DNA from: Candidatus Poribacteria bacterium
GTDB lineage: Bacteria; Poribacteria; WGA-4E; WGA-3G
Direction: 5' to 3'
DNA: 64,000 nucleotides
Assembly (NCBI GenBank): GCA_965214095.1
Contig: OZ243938.1
Span: forward strand, 4,960,001-5,024,000
The notes below the pieces were generated by a model. It saw nothing but the letters and a program-made list of their open reading frames with translations. It made no database searches and was not told where the DNA came from. Position numbers and translations under genes: made by a program. This document shows positions 30,821 through 40,400 of the stretch, piece by piece; the first letter of the stretch is position 1; each line of letters begins with the position of its first letter.

Positions 30821-31128
30821 CATGGGCGTCAATTTAAGGGGAAGGACGCGCTATAATCCCAGGCCGGTAGGTTCGGTTTCCTAACCGAACCATAGGCGTC
30901 AATTTAGGGAATAACGCTATAATCCCAGGCCGGTAGGTTCGGTTTCCTAACCGAACCATAGGTGTCAATTTAGGAGGAATAACCCTATAATCCCAGGCTG
31001 GTAGGTTCGGTTTCCTAACCGAACCGGATCTTCCGAGAGTACTGTCTATCAAAGAGTTTGGCGCAAACCCGGTTCGGTTAGGAAACCGAACCTACCGACA
31101 CGGGAAGGACGCTAAATTGATGCCTATG
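30821..31128. mobile_element. MITE with CAT(A/G)GGCGTCAATTTA TIRs and an internally triplicated REP unit
   Basis: Left-end units at 30821, 30891 and 30957; inverted REP at about 31070-31096; flanking 18-20 bp imperfect direct repeat. Confidence 0.7.
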
Positions 31129-31173
31129 GGTAAGTACAAAAACCCCACATTCCAATAAGAGTCAGTTTATTTC

Positions 31174-31202
31174 TTGACTCAATATATCTTTCACTATAGA
31201 AT
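31174..31202 (+). promoter_or_regulatory. Sigma70-type promoter
   Basis: TTGACT-17 nt-TAGAAT upstream of a GGAGG RBS. Confidence 0.55.
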
Positions 31203-31241
31203 TATCAATACTATTAAACAAACAATTGGAGGATTCTGTTG

Positions 31242-32450
31242 ATGGAAAAAACAGTGTGGGTTGTTGGAACTATGGATACCAAGGGTGATGAATTTGCTTA
31301 TATCACAGATCTAATAAAATCAAGTGGTGTCCCAACATGTGTTGTTGATACAGGCATCTTAGGAGAACCGCAGTTAATACCCGATATTTCTGCTGATGAG
31401 GTTGCAAAAGCAGGCGGTTCCTCTTTGAAAGCATTGCAAGCGGAAGGGGACAGAGGCAATAGCGTGACTGTGATGGCACAAGGGGCAGCAACTCTCGTCG
31501 CTGAAAAACACGCTGCCGGTGAGATTGGTGGAATAATTTCACTCGGTGGTTCCGCTGGTACTACTATCGGTACGGCTGCAATGCAAGCATTGCCAGTGGG
31601 TGTACCAAAAATCATGGTTTCAACCTTGGCATCAGGTGATACAAGTCCTTATGTGCAGTCCAAAGATATTTGCATGATGTATTCTGTAGTTGATATTGCT
31701 GGCATAAATCGTCTGTCACGGCAGATACTTGCCAACGCTGCTGCAGCTATAATCGGCATGGTTACGGCTGATATTCCGGAAGCATCAGATGACAAACCTC
31801 TCATTGCTGCAACAATGTTCGGTGTAACGACTCCGTGCGTTACAAAAGCACGAGAGATCCTTGAAGCCGCTGGCTATGAAGTACTTGTCTTTCATGCAAC
31901 AGGCACTGGTGGACGTGCAATGGAAGACCTTGTCAAGGGTGGATTCCTTGCAGGTGTGCTTGACGTAACCACAACGGAACTTGCCGATGAATTGGTCGGC
32001 GGGATACTCAGTGCAGGTCCCGAACGTCTGGAAGCCGTTGGACATACAGGTTTACCACAAGTGATCGCACCTGGTGCATTGGACATGGTTAACTTCGGTC
32101 CTCCCGACACTGTGCCAGAGAAGTTTGACAAACGACATTTCTATCAACACAATCCAACAGTCACACTGATGCGGACAACTGCCGAAGAAACTGCAGAGTT
32201 AGGAAAAATCATGGCTCAGAAACTCAATGCAGCGAAGGGACCAACAACTGTCCTCATACCAACGCAAGGTGTATCTGCTATTGATAAAAAAGGACAACCA
32301 TTTGACTCACCTGAAGCACGAGACGCGTGGCGAGAAAATCTAAAAGCACACATCAACGAAAACGTTACAGTTATTGAGATGGACGCACATATCAACGATG
32401 ACAAATTCGCTACCAAACTTGCAGAGACATTGTTAGACAATTTAAAATAA
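31242..32450 (+). CDS. Tm-1-like ATP-binding domain protein (UPF0261)
   Basis: 'GTMDTKGDE', 'LPVGVPKIMVST', 'TMFGVTTPCV', 'FHATGTGG', 'HNPTVTLMRT'. Confidence 0.92.
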   Translation: MEKTVWVVGTMDTKGDEFAYITDLIKSSGVPTCVVDTGILGEPQLIPDISADEVAKAGGSSLKALQAEGDRGNSVTVMAQGAATLVAEKHAAGEIGGIISLGGSAGTTIGTAAMQALPVGVPKIMVSTLASGDTSPYVQSKDICMMYSVVDIAGINRLSRQILANAAAAIIGMVTADIPEASDDKPLIAATMFGVTTPCVTKAREILEAAGYEVLVFHATGTGGRAMEDLVKGGFLAGVLDVTTTELADELVGGILSAGPERLEAVGHTGLPQVIAPGALDMVNFGPPDTVPEKFDKRHFYQHNPTVTLMRTTAEETAELGKIMAQKLNAAKGPTTVLIPTQGVSAIDKKGQPFDSPEARDAWRENLKAHINENVTVIEMDAHINDDKFATKLAETLLDNLK

Positions 32451-32460
32451 GAGAATATAT

Positions 32461-33351
32461 ATGACAAAAACCTATAAAACACTTACGCAATCAGATGTGG
32501 AGCATTTCGTTCAGAAGGGACATGTTGTCCTGAAAAACTGCTTTTCACACGAATTAGCTGCAGAGTGGCGTGCTTATGCCTTCAAACGTCTCGGTTATTC
32601 CCCTGATGACCCAGAAACTTGGGAACAGCCTCGTATACATTTGTCCTCAATGAATCGTTTGTCGATTCGTGAAATTGCCCCAAGGGCATGGGATGCTATA
32701 TGTGACTTACTCGGTGGTGAAGATAGGATTGCCAATACAAAACCTTCGTGGGGTGATGGTTTTATCATCAATTTCGCATTAGGGGCAGATACAGAATGGC
32801 AACCCCCAGAGTCACACTACTCAGGTTGGCATAAAGATGGTGATTTCTTCAGACACTTCCTGGATAGTCCTGAACAAGGATTACTAACAATCGTTGTTTG
32901 GTCAGATATTCTGCCAAAAAGCGGTGGCACGTTTGTCGCATGTGATTCGGTGCAACATGTCGCACAACATCTATATGCTCATCCAGAAGGTTTGCTACCG
33001 GGACAAGGTTTCGGTCAGTTGTATCAGAAATGTCAGGACTTTGTGGAAATTACGGGGAATGCGGGTGATGTTGTTCTCTTGCATCCGTTTATCTTACATT
33101 CTGCATCACAGAACCCATCGGGACGCGCCCGATTTATCACGAATCCACCCGTTGCACTCAAAGCACCGATGAATTTCAATCGTGACAACCCCGATGATTT
33201 CTCACCTGTGGAGTTAGCAGTCTTACGAGGGTTAGGGAAAGAACGTTTAGATTTCAAACCAGCAGCACCAAGAGAAAAATTAGTGCCGGAACGCGTAAAA
33301 CGCCAGAAGCAGATGTTGGATGAGCAGAAAAAACGACTTGCAATGGGGTAA
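32461..33351 (+). CDS. Phytanoyl-CoA dioxygenase (PhyH)-like Fe(II)/2OG oxygenase
   Basis: HxD in 'GWHKDG'; distal His in 'AGDVVLLHPFILHSAS'. Confidence 0.8.
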   Translation: MTKTYKTLTQSDVEHFVQKGHVVLKNCFSHELAAEWRAYAFKRLGYSPDDPETWEQPRIHLSSMNRLSIREIAPRAWDAICDLLGGEDRIANTKPSWGDGFIINFALGADTEWQPPESHYSGWHKDGDFFRHFLDSPEQGLLTIVVWSDILPKSGGTFVACDSVQHVAQHLYAHPEGLLPGQGFGQLYQKCQDFVEITGNAGDVVLLHPFILHSASQNPSGRARFITNPPVALKAPMNFNRDNPDDFSPVELAVLRGLGKERLDFKPAAPREKLVPERVKRQKQMLDEQKKRLAMG

Positions 33352-33352
33352 C

Positions 33353-34429
33353 TTACTCATCTTTTTCAGACTCTAACTGTGCCTTCTGCCACCCATAATC
33401 CACATTACCATCATAAAACTTGTCAGGATTTTCTACTGCCCAAATCTGCTTATGGATAATCCAATTTTTAGGGTCTAATGCCAGTGCCTTTCTCCATTCC
33501 ACCATCGCTTCTGTCTTTTTCCCTATCTCTAACAAGGTCCGTCCAAGTTGAAAACGCGCATTTGCCTCAATAACTTTTGGATTTGGCGATTTATTTGGAT
33601 GTTTAGCACTACTTAGTAATGTTGCGTTATAGGTAGGATCGGATATCCATCTCTCAAGCATTTCTATTGTTTCTTTTTTTGCAACGTTAATACTAAATGG
33701 AAATTTAACCAACCGTCCTGCTTCGTCAATCATAACACCATAGGGAATTGCCTTTAGGTTGAAGAGATTCCCAAGAATATTCTGCGAATCGACAAGCGTG
33801 ATAAATTCAGCATTAGCTTTGTCATGCCAGGGACGTACGACAGACGCACCTTGGGCATCTATAGCAATGGAGACAATATTTAGTTTATCACGATGCTCTG
33901 CGTAAAACTTCTGCCATCCAGACAGTTGTCCACGGCATGCTCACCATGAACCCCAAATGTAGAGAAACGTTTTCTTTCCGCGAAAATCTTGCAAACGTTT
34001 TGGTGTACCGTCAAGATCAGACAGTGTAAATTTAGGGGTAAGTCGTTCTGGTCTAACTATCTCTAATTCGGTTTCGGAGGCTTTATATATTTCAAAACCG
34101 AACGGTTCAGTCATGTCTTCAAGTTTTGCGTAAGTTACATTGTCAATGCTGAATGCACGCTCACCCAATTGGAGTGGCACACACAATTCCGATTCTCCAC
34201 TACCACAGATGACGATCATCTCCTCCCCATCAGGTGTCTCAACCTTTAAACCTAACTGCTTACAGAGAGTTTCAATCGGAACTAACCACGTCCCATTCTT
34301 GAAAATAGGAGATGTAGAGAATGTGATTAGTTTGCTGTCAATTGAAACTTTCAGATTGCGAACAGGTGATGCATGCAATCCTGCCGCAAGGGACAGTATA
34401 ATACAAGTGGTGAGCATTAGTTTTGTCAT
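33353..34429 (-). CDS. Selenoprotein: secreted TlpA/Prx-like thioredoxin-fold protein with N-terminal stalk-like domain and C-terminal TPR; Sec at TGA 33943-33941 (U163-A-C)
   Basis: Reading through the TGA gives WGSW-U-ACRGQLSGWQKFY...SIAIDAQG...KAIPYGVMIDEAG with no stop, joining ORF 33353-33733 in frame; signal peptide; hairpin after the TGA. Confidence 0.88.
33911..33925 (-). promoter_or_regulatory. Putative SECIS apical hairpin
   Basis: mRNA CUGUC-UGGAU-GGCAG at +16 to +30 after the TGA. Confidence 0.6.
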
Positions 34430-34794
34430 GGTGCGCTTTTCTCCCGATGTTGTGCATCATAAGTTAAGAATTTGATTATCTGTTCAGCGGTCTTTGGGGT
34501 GAGTCCGGACCCTGGTTTTCGCATCATCTTATGCACATAGTGTCGCCATTCCTCAGCCTTAAAGTTGGAATTAATCGGACGTGCAACGGTATGGCATCTG
34601 CTGCATCTCCGAGTGAAGACAGCGTAAAGCGTTTGCATCTCCTCTGGATATTCTGAAACATCAATAAAGTTTGGTCCATCATCTGCTGGATATGTATTAG
34701 GGGCAGTCCGCGGTACGCGTAAGGCATAGTACATGCCAAAACCTACCAGAATGAGAATAACTATAACGACAACCCAAACAATAGCCTGTTGCAA
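34426..34794 (-). CDS. Small membrane-anchored monohaem c-type cytochrome
   Basis: N-terminal TM helix, CSRCH, downstream 'KMM' candidate axial Met; stop overlaps the selenoprotein start (ATGA). Confidence 0.75.
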   Translation of the reverse strand: MQQAIVWVVVIVILILVGFGMYYALRVPRTAPNTYPADDGPNFIDVSEYPEEMQTLYAVFTRRCSRCHTVARPINSNFKAEEWRHYVHKMMRKPGSGLTPKTAEQIIKFLTYDAQHREKSAP

Positions 34795-34964
34795 TTCTTA
34801 GTGCCTTTCAAACTCGTTACTAATAGCATTGATGAAAACCAATGAGAAAATTGCTTCACGATTACTCATCGTGTTCACTCAGAATTTGCCTAAATTCATT
34901 GGCATTTTCTACTTGAATTGCAGCGCGAAATAACAACTCAAGTCGTTGTATATCATCAAGAATA

Positions 34965-36812
34965 TCAAACGACATCTTTCACCTTCTGCACAATAGCATT
35001 GGCACTAATCCCATGCAATTCCAATAACTCCTCAGGTTTGCCAGAACGTGGTATGCCTGTAACAGCAAGTTTATGTACACGGACATCTTCAGTCGAAACA
35101 GCATCCAACACCGCATCCCCTAAACCGCCTTCAGGATAGTGGTCCTCAACGGTTATGAGGGTATTGTTTGTTTCTGCTGCAGCAGATAATAGGGTTTCCG
35201 TATCAACAGGTTTGACAGAATACAGATCAATAATACGGACATTGACACCTTCATTCGCAAGTATATCGTGTGCTTTTAATGCCTCGTGAAGTGTGACACC
35301 CGCGGTAACGATGGTCGCTTTATCCTCAGCACTCTCACGAACTACCTTACAACCACCGATAGGAAATTTATCTGTAGCATCGTAAAGCATCGTAGTTTTT
35401 GGACGGGAAGTGCGAATATAGACGATACCTTGGTGTGCAGCAGCTTCTGCTATAAGACGTTCCGCAGCGACAGCATCGCTTGGATATAACACGACAGACT
35501 CAGGGATCGCTCGGAACATGGCGATGTCTTCTAAACCCATCTGTGAAGGTCCATCTTCACCAATTGAGACACCACAATGAGAACCCGCATATTTGATATT
35601 GGCTTGTGAAATCGCAGACATACGAATTTGGTCATACGCACGCGATAGAAATGCTGCAAATGTGGAAACAAACGGAATCTTTCCACGTTTCGCCAATCCA
35701 ATTCCTGCTCCTACCAAGTTCTGCTCCGCAATGAACATTTCAAAGAATCGATCCGGAAAACGGTCCATGAACTGATCGGCATAAGTAGAGTTTTTGGTGT
35801 CTCCATCCAGCGCGACAACGTTTGGATTCGCAGCACCAAGTTTTGCCAAGCCTATGCCGTAACCACCGCGAGTTGCTACCTCTTCGTCAGCAGCGTAATC
35901 TGGTGGTTCACATGCTTTAATCTTAGTAGGTTCGCTATCTATCGGACTTGGAGCTTCTATGTCAACTGAAATATCTGTGTGTAGCGGTCCGAGTTCTTCT
36001 AATGCCTTATCAAGTTGTTCACCTTTAGCAACAGCCTTCCCGTGCCAGTTGTCTTCATTTTCAAGGAAGGATACTCCCTTACCCTTATATGTTTTTGCAA
36101 CAATCATGGTGGGTTTATCAGTTGATGTCTTCGCTCTCTCTAATGCGGATAAAATCTCATCATAATCGTGTCCATCAATACCGATTGTTTGCCATCCGAA
36201 TGCCTCAAAACGATTACAATACGTATCAATATCATGAGCATACATAGTCCGTTGGCTCTGTCCAAGAGCGTTTACATCTACAATTCCGATAAGGTTATTC
36301 AACTTGTAATGTGAGGCTAATGCAGCAGCTTCCCAAACACCACCTTCAGCGGTTTCACCATCACCGAGTAATACATAGACACGGTAATCGGATTTGTCCA
36401 AATATTTTCCGTTCAGTGCCATGCCGAGTCCAAGCGACAATCCTTGTCCGAGCGACCCAGTCGCCACCTCTGTCCAATCAAAACGTGGCGTTGGATGTCC
36501 TTCAAGAATACTATCAATCTGTCGAAGTGTTTGCAGATCATCTGTTGGGATGATACCTGCTTCAGCATAAGCAGCATAAAGTAGTGGTGCGGCATGTCCT
36601 TTTGATAAGATAAACCGGTCATTGTTCGGGTTTTGCGCGTCTGCACAGTCATAACGCATCACATGAAAAAACAGCGCAGAAACAATATCTGCTGCCGAAA
36701 GGCAGGTGGTTGGATGTCCTGAACCTGCCTCTGATGTTGATAAAATAGAGTGTATACGTAAGTTAGTTGCTTTTCTTTTAAGAAGATTCTTCAATGTGTC
36801 CACAAATTTCAA
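34965..36812 (-). CDS. tkt: Transketolase (short, animal-like form)
   Basis: 'SGHPTTC', 'DRFILSKGHAAP', 'ATGSLGQG', TPP motif 'LGDGE', 'GEDGPSQM', 'TVEDHY'. Confidence 0.93.
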   Translation of the reverse strand: MKFVDTLKNLLKRKATNLRIHSILSTSEAGSGHPTTCLSAADIVSALFFHVMRYDCADAQNPNNDRFILSKGHAAPLLYAAYAEAGIIPTDDLQTLRQIDSILEGHPTPRFDWTEVATGSLGQGLSLGLGMALNGKYLDKSDYRVYVLLGDGETAEGGVWEAAALASHYKLNNLIGIVDVNALGQSQRTMYAHDIDTYCNRFEAFGWQTIGIDGHDYDEILSALERAKTSTDKPTMIVAKTYKGKGVSFLENEDNWHGKAVAKGEQLDKALEELGPLHTDISVDIEAPSPIDSEPTKIKACEPPDYAADEEVATRGGYGIGLAKLGAANPNVVALDGDTKNSTYADQFMDRFPDRFFEMFIAEQNLVGAGIGLAKRGKIPFVSTFAAFLSRAYDQIRMSAISQANIKYAGSHCGVSIGEDGPSQMGLEDIAMFRAIPESVVLYPSDAVAAERLIAEAAAHQGIVYIRTSRPKTTMLYDATDKFPIGGCKVVRESAEDKATIVTAGVTLHEALKAHDILANEGVNVRIIDLYSVKPVDTETLLSAAAETNNTLITVEDHYPEGGLGDAVLDAVSTEDVRVHKLAVTGIPRSGKPEELLELHGISANAIVQKVKDVV

Positions 36813-36840
36813 TCATCCTTTCTTTTATCATATCTTCGGT

Positions 36841-38273
36841 GTCAAGACCCCGTTGCTTTAGCACGGGGATGTAGACACCGCTCCTATTGTGTGTCAAGAA
36901 AAAACTTGCCTTTTAATCGAACTCATATTGAGTAAAACATAATAATGCTATATAATAGGGAAACACAAGAGTTTATTTATGTCCTATTCTTTCACTTCAT
37001 ATATCTATAACTTATTGAAAGGTGTTGTTATGGCAGACAAGGTTCAAGAGCCCCTCAGATACAATGGTATTCCGAAGCAGGTTTCACGTAAGGATTTTAA
37101 TCGTTATATCAAACCTCATCTAAAGAAACGCATAAAAGGTCCCAAACCGAAACTGTCTTTCTATAAGATATTCAACTATATCCTCTATGTTTTACATACC
37201 GGTATTCAATGGGATCAACTCCGCACACGGCGTAATGAACTCCATTGGTCTAACGTCTATAAATGGCATAATCGTTGGTCAAAAGATGGTTCTTATGAGA
37301 AACTTTTTGAAGCATCTGTCATACATCTTCATGATAGTGATCAACTTGACACCTCTTGTTTACATGGTGATGGTTCAAACACTGTTGTAAAAAAAGGGGT
37401 GACACCATAGGGTATTCAGGTCATAAACATCAAAAAGGTGAAAAAGAGGTGGCTATCACCGACAATAAAGGTTTTATCATTGGTCCAATAACCCTCAAAC
37501 CAGTGAACCAACATGATACAACGATTTTGCCCGAGGCATTGACCGAACTCATCTCCTTCAGCAATCGGATTGGCATGGCACTTGATGGTTCCGCGCTAAC
37601 GCTGGATTCTGGTTTTGATTCCAAGGTGAATCATAAGATTATTAAAGAACAAGGACTGATCCCAGTGATCTACCCTAACAAACGAAACACTAAAGAACCT
37701 ATCGCTATCGCTCGCAAGTTCCGGTGGTTTAGAAAAGATATATACAAAGACCGGTATAAAGTAGAGCGAACTTTCGGGTGGCAAGATACTTACCGAAGAC
37801 TCGTTCTAAGTTATGATAAACTCAAAGAAACACGTTTAGGTTTTCGTAATTTAGCATATTCAATGATAAATTTTCGAGCAACTTTCAACGATGCTTAGAT
37901 GTTACTCGCTATGAGTTCATCTAAAAACTAATATAATATCTTTAGCAATCGGCATTGGTTGTGATTGATGCTACGGCAGATAGCTAAGCAGTGAAACAAT
38001 CACGTAAAAGCTTTGCTATTCAATACTGCTAAAGTTTTCAAAACATCTGTTGCGTGTTAGGGAAAGAAGTTTCAAAACTCATCCCGTTGATATTCACACG
38101 TGAAAATGTTTCTTAAGACCTCCTTTGGAGGTGCAGTTGGGACATCAACTGTTGGAGTAGGCTTTGTCACTGGAATGCCTGTTAGGTTTTCTAAACAAGG
38201 TCGTTGATACCACAATTGCTTGTGTGATTCTTTCAAAAGAATCACCGGAGTTTTAACTCGGTGAGTATGTCAA
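36841..38273 (+). mobile_element. Probable non-autonomous IS200/IS605 derivative (about 430 bp once the nested IS5 is removed)
   Basis: Left-end hairpin CCCCGTTGC-TTTA-GCACGGGG; right end GAATCACCGGAGT-TTTA-ACTCGGTGAGTATGTCAA; no tnpA/tnpB ORF. Confidence 0.55.
36919..37918 (+). mobile_element. Complete IS5-family insertion sequence, 1000 bp, transposase needing a -1 frameshift
   Basis: TIR GAACTCATATTGAGTAA / TTACTCGCTATGAGTTC (15/17); TSD ATC; ORFs 37030-37410 and up to 37898 joined at A7-G4 (37389-37399) give VKKGGDTIGYSGHKHQKGEK...DSGFD...RYKVERTFGW. Confidence 0.9.
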
Positions 38274-38878
38274 GAGTGTTTAGCCTTCAATGTTTCTGTG
38301 CGTCGTTGCGCTGCAACTGCAAGATAGTGGTGTTTGCAGGTTTTTGCAAGAGATTCAAATGTTTTGATTGCCTTTGGAATATCATGTGTTTTGACATAAG
38401 ACTCTGCCTGCCAATAAATCGATTTGGCTAATATTTCGTTTGTCGCAGACTGTTTCCTTCTCTGCTTCTTTTCGTTTTTGATAGCATCGCCAAATTTCTC
38501 TATTGCCTGTTCATAGTCATTGTCATCATAGTAAGCGGCAATCGCTTCTGTAAATGCAAGATTGTTTTCTTCTTGTTCGTTAAAAGGTTCGATGTCAATC
38601 GTTTGTCCTAAAATAATTGAAGAGCCTTTGACCGTGCGTTCATCTTCATCATCGTATTCATCATCGTATTCGTCATCTGCTTCATCCACAGCATTCGCGG
38701 CATCTTCTTCATCGTCATCTTTATCAACAACTAACGGATCAAATTCATCCTCATCGGTAAACTCTCTGTTTTGCTCATCCTCAGAGTCGTCCGATATTTC
38801 ATCCTCAGAGTCGTCCAATATTTCATCATCAATACCATCAAGCTCTTCAAGTTTGAACTCCATCTTACTTCTCCTCAT
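38270..38878 (-). CDS. Highly acidic N-terminus + TPR (CpoB-like) domain protein
   Basis: D/E-rich first half; 'DYEQAIEKF', 'YWQAESY...KAIKTF'; TTGACA-17-TATGAT promoter-like site at 38982-38954. Confidence 0.7.
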   Translation of the reverse strand: MRRSKMEFKLEELDGIDDEILDDSEDEISDDSEDEQNREFTDEDEFDPLVVDKDDDEEDAANAVDEADDEYDDEYDDEDERTVKGSSIILGQTIDIEPFNEQEENNLAFTEAIAAYYDDNDYEQAIEKFGDAIKNEKKQRRKQSATNEILAKSIYWQAESYVKTHDIPKAIKTFESLAKTCKHHYLAVAAQRRTETLKAKHS

Positions 38879-39284
38879 CTGTGATAAATTCTATAGTACA
38901 GTCAAGTATAAATACTTTCCATGTTGTTTTGTCAAATAAGATTTACATATTATATCATATCAAACTTGAGGAGAGATGTCAAGAAAATCTAACGGATTGC
39001 AGGGTTATTTAGTTTTAAGTATTTTCCAAAATAGAGATTTACTAAAAGTTTAATACCCTAGACGGTAGGTGCGGTTTCCTAACCGCACATACCAGCTTGA
39101 GGCATTTAGCATTAAGAAAAAACGCGTTCGTAGTCGCGCAATTCATTGCGCCTCTTACATTCATCTGATCGGCACTGTCTATGAAGCACAAGCCCCAACC
39201 TTTAGGTTGCGGGTCACTATGACAAACACAAGGCAAGGATTTCCCAATCTAATAGTGATTTTGTTCTGAAAGTATTAGTTAATG

Positions 39285-40079
39285 CTATAAAACTACTTTG
39301 ATGGATTCAGCTGTCGTGTCATTCCCTATAGTTAACCAATAATGAATCTCGTTGTTACCTTGTTCATCACTAATGGATTTTATGGCGATTTTACTTCCCT
39401 CATGGAACTCACACGCTGAAGATAGAAGCACAAACTGACGCTCCCGTTGTTCATATACGGCAATACCTGAACTTGGACATGGAAATTCGACTAGGTTTAT
39501 AGGAAATTCGTAAATCAGAATTAGTGTTGTGGCCACGGGATCTGTTGAATCAATCGCCTTTGGGTCAAAGATATGTGTTTCCTTATGGAAGAGCTTAACT
39601 TTATCGGTAAGGCCAAGCACTCGTAGCACCTCTGATGCTTCCAAATCAACAATTTTGTTAACTTTTCCGTTAGAATCGCCTTTCAAATTCTCGCCATTCT
39701 CAACCCATCCAATAACGATTTTGCGTGAAGAGTACTGACCTTCAGTGACACTCTTTCCTGTATCTACCGAGAGGAACTCAGTACCTTTAATCATTGAAGC
39801 ACATGCTTCAAGGCACATTAACAAGGATTCAGAATAGATACAGATTTGTCCATTCCGAACGCTTACAGATACATCGTTCTTTTCAAGCGGCACTGCTAAT
39901 ATGGATTCTGCTTCGGTTTTGGTCGTATATAACTGAAAAGTAGCGATCCATCCCGGATTGTCTGTTGTTTCTAGGCTAAAGCCGAAATTATGCTCCCACC
40001 GTCCATCACAACGGGATTGGAACCAATTTTCAATAGTTTTCAGATTTGCTTGCATAAACATTTCACCTTCGCCTTTCAT
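39285..40079 (-). CDS. Imm53-like immunity domain fused to an unknown domain
   Basis: 'WFQSRCDGRWEHNFGFSLETTDNPGW' matches the Imm53 pattern. Confidence 0.65.
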   Translation of the reverse strand: MKGEGEMFMQANLKTIENWFQSRCDGRWEHNFGFSLETTDNPGWIATFQLYTTKTEAESILAVPLEKNDVSVSVRNGQICIYSESLLMCLEACASMIKGTEFLSVDTGKSVTEGQYSSRKIVIGWVENGENLKGDSNGKVNKIVDLEASEVLRVLGLTDKVKLFHKETHIFDPKAIDSTDPVATTLILIYEFPINLVEFPCPSSGIAVYEQRERQFVLLSSACEFHEGSKIAIKSISDEQGNNEIHYWLTIGNDTTAESIKVVL

Positions 40080-40129
40080 TCACCAAGCATCGCTTTAGGC
40101 GACTTTCGGTGTTAAGATTTTATCAGTGT

Positions 40130-40400
40130 CTAAACAACACTTAGCACCAACCATACACCAAGACCGAAAAGCACGAGTCCCATGCCTACCTTTACGGTTA
40201 CAAGGTGTTTCTGTCCAATACCGCCAAGCTGCATACGGGTTGTGCCCCAATAGACACATCCAAACACAACAAGCAACGGCACAATAAACATAATATTATA
40301 CAGGAGCAGATAGGAAATCGCGTGTGCACGCATACCTTCAATTCCTGCGACAAACGTCAACGTGGGCAAGTGGAGGAAGGGGGCGTGCATACCACCACCT
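40130..40400 (-). pseudogene. C-terminal remnant of a CcdA/DsbD-like membrane protein
   Basis: 'LPTLTFV...YLLLYNIMFIVPLLVV' TM segments; the expected upstream 'CT' sits in another frame; no N-terminal half. Confidence 0.5.

Noticed and set aside
30821-31128. Possible CRISPR array (66-70 bp periodicity)
   Set aside because: It is a tandem duplication of a MITE end plus REP; the 'spacers' are homologous to each other.
23876-34429. Alternative genetic code (TGA = Trp/Gly) explaining the split ORFs
   Set aside because: TGA is an ordinary stop for lipA, lepB2 and others; read-through occurs only at catalytic Cys positions, and selB/selC are present.
37922-38273. Group I intron / IStron or residual tnpB ORF
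   Set aside because: I could not identify intron core elements or TnpB RuvC/zinc-finger motifs by eye; kept only as an IS605-like non-coding derivative.
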